Part shown: in pieces, positions 47,169 through 50,059 of the stretch
Layout of the letters: every line of letters starts with the position of its first letter
How positions within the stretch are numbered: the stretch's first letter is position 1
Source: a virus
Taxonomy: Duplodnaviria > Caudoviricetes
IMG/VR virus record: IMGVR_UViG_3300017747_000841
Coordinates: 1-50,059 of that record
Strand: one strand, 5' to 3'
Length of the DNA: 50,059 nucleotides
Notes under the pieces: generated by a model
What the model saw: only the letters and a program-made list of their open reading frames with translations
What the model was told of the DNA's origin: nothing
The model's database searches: none
Made by a program: the position numbers and the translations under genes

Positions 47169-48092
47169 TCAATAAAACAACATCCGGGGCACGTACCGGT
47201 TAGATGCCTTCTCACGGTCCTCGGTAGAGGCGAATTCCCACTGCTGTTCGTAGTCTGCCTTCAACATAGCAACACGATCAGGGGCTATATCAGGACGCTT
47301 AGCTGACAAATAGTAGGCCAAACCCGCTACCAAACAGGGGATCAGACGGAAAGGAATGTCTTGGTCGGTAGTACCGTTACCCGCATCCTGCATCCGACGA
47401 AGCCGCCAATAGACGAAGGTGTACTGACTACCCGGAGCGTTAGGCGAGGGCCAGACGTTGATAGAAGGCAGATAGTTGATGGTGACGTACTGCGTTGCCG
47501 AAGCCGTGTGGCTTGTAGCGGTAGTCCCGTTCTGACCACGGAAGCAGTTGAGGAGCTGATTACCGGATACGTTCTGGTAGAGGATAGTCTCACTCTCAAT
47601 CGTGATGAAGCCAGTTGCCGGTAAACCACTCGTGCTGTTAAGCGTGATCGTGGTGTCGGTCGAGTTGATAGTCGTAGCTAGATAGTTGGTCGTCGTGTAT
47701 GACAGACCATTTTGACGGTTGATCCATACCTGAATCGGCCTACCCGTGGCGTTCTTGTTGGGGTAGGTGGAGTACGTAGACTCAGAAACGCGAGTGATGT
47801 TGATATCAATCTGCGTAGTGTCAGAGCCAGTACGGACTACGTGATCCAGCAGGTCAATCGTATTAGGGGGGATCGGGTATGTGATCTGTCCGGTGTTCAT
47901 GACGATCTGACCTTGCTCGATGGTCCAGAGGTTGATACCTCTGTTAGCCCACTCAATAGTCAGAAGGTTCAGCGAACGCCGAGCAGTGCGATACTCATAG
48001 CCCGTCCGCACCTCAATACCGGCACGTTCGTATGCCTCCTCAATCAGATCATTGAGGTCTAGCGTAAAACTAGTGGTACCGGAAGTGGACAT
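47169..48092 (-). CDS. Head-tail adaptor-like protein with inserted beta domain
   Basis: LIEEAYERAG..ARRSLN..WANRG..GRP..VWPSP..LVAGLAYYL; insertion with RGQNGTTATSH. Confidence 0.7.
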   Translation of the reverse strand: MSTSGTTSFTLDLNDLIEEAYERAGIEVRTGYEYRTARRSLNLLTIEWANRGINLWTIEQGQIVMNTGQITYPIPPNTIDLLDHVVRTGSDTTQIDINITRVSESTYSTYPNKNATGRPIQVWINRQNGLSYTTTNYLATTINSTDTTITLNSTSGLPATGFITIESETILYQNVSGNQLLNCFRGQNGTTATSHTASATQYVTINYLPSINVWPSPNAPGSQYTFVYWRLRRMQDAGNGTTDQDIPFRLIPCLVAGLAYYLSAKRPDIAPDRVAMLKADYEQQWEFASTEDREKASNRYVPRMLFY

Positions 48093-48094
48093 GG

Positions 48095-48313
48095 TTACTC
48101 AGCCGGTGCTTCTTCAGCGGGGGCTTCTACGACTTCTTCAGCCGGAGCTTCTTCGACAATTGCATCAACCGCTTCTGACATAGCAAGCGAATCTTCAAGC
48201 TTCATAATCAAAGCCGCCACTTCAGGCGAAACCTGATTAAAGGCCATGTGGTTGTGGGTGCAAGTCTTAAGAGCGTTAAGAACAACGCCTGCTTCTTCAA
48301 AACTAAGATTCAT
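48095..48313 (-). CDS. Small acidic protein
   Basis: Fills the gap on the late strand; EEAPAE repeats. Confidence 0.6.
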   Translation of the reverse strand: MNLSFEEAGVVLNALKTCTHNHMAFNQVSPEVAALIMKLEDSLAMSEAVDAIVEEAPAEEVVEAPAEEAPAE

Positions 48314-48318
48314 GGTGT

Positions 48319-48567
48319 CTACCTTTGTGCTGTTTTTGCGGACTGCTTAAACGCCTGCGCCGTAGGAGCGCCCGGAGCACCGGGCTTCCTCATCTTCTCA
48401 CCTGAACCCGCCGCGATACGTTTGCGCTTAGCATTGATATTGGCGTAAAGACCCACCTCACCACCTTCAGCGTACTGCGTGAAGTCGGTGTCATCTCGGC
48501 GCTTCTTACGTTTAGCACCGGGCATCTTAGACGGGTTAATGTCACCCATACCGCGACTGGCTCTCAC
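48319..48567 (-). CDS. Small basic late protein
   Basis: YAEGG then GLYANINAKRKRI..MRKPG..GAPT. Confidence 0.75.
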   Translation of the reverse strand: MRASRGMGDINPSKMPGAKRKKRRDDTDFTQYAEGGEVGLYANINAKRKRIAAGSGEKMRKPGAPGAPTAQAFKQSAKTAQR

Positions 48568-49775
48568 AGATACTTACCCCGCGTATGACCACGCTGAGCG
48601 ATACCATCACCGCGAGATGCGCCGACTTTACCGCCTTTTTTGTATCCAGCTTGATATGCGTCATCCGCGCCTTCACCAAAACGCGGCTTGTTAGATTTAG
48701 GTGAAGATCTAGAAAACATACGTTTAGCTTTCTCAGCTACTTTAGAGCCAGCTTCTTCCGCGCGTTCTCTCAATGATTTAGGCAAATTACTACCAAACTG
48801 CCGTGCTTCTTCGCGCATCGCCTTACTTTTAACAGCGGCTTCATCTCTAGCTTTACGAGCAGCTTCAGCTTGAGTCCTACGCTGAGTAATAGCCTCTCTA
48901 GCAGCGCCACGAACGTCCTGAGCAATATCACGCGCGCGATTAGCCGCTGGAGCTGAAGCTCCCCATTGCTGGGCCTCACTGGCAAGACCTTTGCGAACCG
49001 CCGCCTGCCTACCGACAGCTTCGGCTGCTTTCTGCGCTCCCTTAGCCACTACACCTGCACCACGAACAGCGGGAATAACAGAAGCGACAGCACCGACTCT
49101 CTCAACGGCTTTTTCAGCTTCAGGGGACATACCACCACGATCTGCGTTTGCCGCAGAACGAGCTAGCCTAGCGGCCTTAGCTTCAGGTGAGTATTGACCC
49201 TTGTATGCGGCATCCTTAGCGCGGTCAATACGAGCAGTATTGTTAGCTTCAGACCTAGCCCGCTCAATACGAGTAGTATTGTCAGCTTCAGACCTAGCCC
49301 GCTCAATACGACGCACATTCTCATCGTCAGCTTCTGACTGCCGTGCGGTGCGAGACTCCGCGTCTGAATCCGTAAACTTACCGGGCTTAACAGGAGCGGA
49401 TCTTTGCGACGGCGACTCCCGGTCATTGCTAGTGCTAGAAGCAGGAGCAACGGCTTTAGGGCGTGAAGCAGACTGGTCACGCAAATCACGCATTACTTCA
49501 TCAGTGGTACTAGTCAGCTTCTGACTCTGAACATTCCTATTCAGCGCTTCTCCGCTCGCTCCACCTGAAGTACCGCTAAGCGAAACTCTCTTAGGAGCAA
49601 TAGCGGGAGCGGGGGCAGACCTAGCCCTATCAGATGCTTCAGCCTCTGCTTGTTGAGTATCGTGTACAGAACGCTGATAAGCGGCTTGCTCTTCTGGCTT
49701 ATCTGCCAGCTCAGCAAACCTTCTTGCTCGCTCTCTTACGTCGCCGCCTACATCAAACCGCTTTGCTTTTTTCAT
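48564..49775 (-). CDS. Ala/Arg-rich low-complexity late protein
   Basis: FDVGG near the N-terminus, YKKGG and RGDGIAQRG at the C-terminus; AAGGA RBS. Confidence 0.75.
   Translation of the reverse strand: MKKAKRFDVGGDVRERARRFAELADKPEEQAAYQRSVHDTQQAEAEASDRARSAPAPAIAPKRVSLSGTSGGASGEALNRNVQSQKLTSTTDEVMRDLRDQSASRPKAVAPASSTSNDRESPSQRSAPVKPGKFTDSDAESRTARQSEADDENVRRIERARSEADNTTRIERARSEANNTARIDRAKDAAYKGQYSPEAKAARLARSAANADRGGMSPEAEKAVERVGAVASVIPAVRGAGVVAKGAQKAAEAVGRQAAVRKGLASEAQQWGASAPAANRARDIAQDVRGAAREAITQRRTQAEAARKARDEAAVKSKAMREEARQFGSNLPKSLRERAEEAGSKVAEKAKRMFSRSSPKSNKPRFGEGADDAYQAGYKKGGKVGASRGDGIAQRGHTRGKYL
49225..49311 (-). repeat. 39-bp coding tandem repeat (RIERARSEAxNTx)
   Basis: TCAATACG at 49225, 49264 and 49303. 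Confidence 0.85.
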
Positions 49776-49785
49776 GATGCTGTCC

Positions 49786-50058
49786 TTAGCACATGCCGCC
49801 GCGCTTCATCTTAATCTGGGTAGCCTTAGTCTTGCCTTTCTTAGCAATACCATCAGCCGCGCGGACGAAACCGCCGCTAGCGTACTTAGCCACGCCACCT
49901 TTTTTCATAGCACCCATTTCGGCTGCTTCATGCTTAATCATCGACTTAGGAGCGCCCTTCTTTTTCATGAACGCGACTTCCTTGCCGACCATTGCTTTCG
50001 ACTCTTTCATGTCACCACCTTGAGCAAATTTGCGGCCTTTGTCGGCCTTGATGAAGTC
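49786..50058 (-). CDS. Lys-rich late protein, 5' end probably outside the window
   Basis: Frame stays open upstream of ATG 50010 (DFIKADKGRKFAQGGDMKESK); four xxGG motifs. Confidence 0.75.
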   Translation of the reverse strand, partial: DFIKADKGRKFAQGGDMKESKAMVGKEVAFMKKKGAPKSMIKHEAAEMGAMKKGGVAKYASGGFVRAADGIAKKGKTKATQIKMKRGGMC

Positions 50059-50059
50059 C

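Noticed and set aside
3030-50023. Numerous antisense and nested ORFs in the track (e.g. 3067-3723, 18182-18700, 26223-26780)
   Set aside because: They shadow well-supported genes on the opposite strand or frame and have no recognisable motifs.

Overview
About 50 kb of a double-stranded DNA tailed phage genome with two convergent arms that meet at 21026-21029. The + arm (1-21029) starts with a non-coding end region, then a cluster of small early genes and a DUF3150-like / MoxR-type AAA+ ATPase / metallopeptidase-vWA trio. Its replication module follows: VRR-NUC nuclease, family A DNA polymerase, Cas4-like PD-(D/E)XK nuclease, small HNH protein, SNF2 helicase, putative ssDNA-binding protein, HTH protein and primase-helicase. 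The - arm (21026-50059) is a podovirus-style virion module: a 2488-aa polyvalent ejection protein, other internal virion proteins, a nozzle, several tail fibres, adaptors and small basic proteins. No capsid, portal, terminase, lysis genes or integrase are recognisable; they probably lie beyond the right edge. The most notable observations are: (1) a pseudoknotted candidate RNA between the HNH and helicase genes; (2) an [FYM]xxGG motif shared by six internal/basic virion proteins; (3) a 29 x 22-aa repeat protein whose ribosome-binding site is locked in a perfect 14-bp hairpin, consistent with a ruler for a polymeric fibre; (4) a 26-codon chimeric gene remnant; (5) a repeated non-canonical promoter motif. 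All family assignments come from reading motifs by eye, not from database searches.
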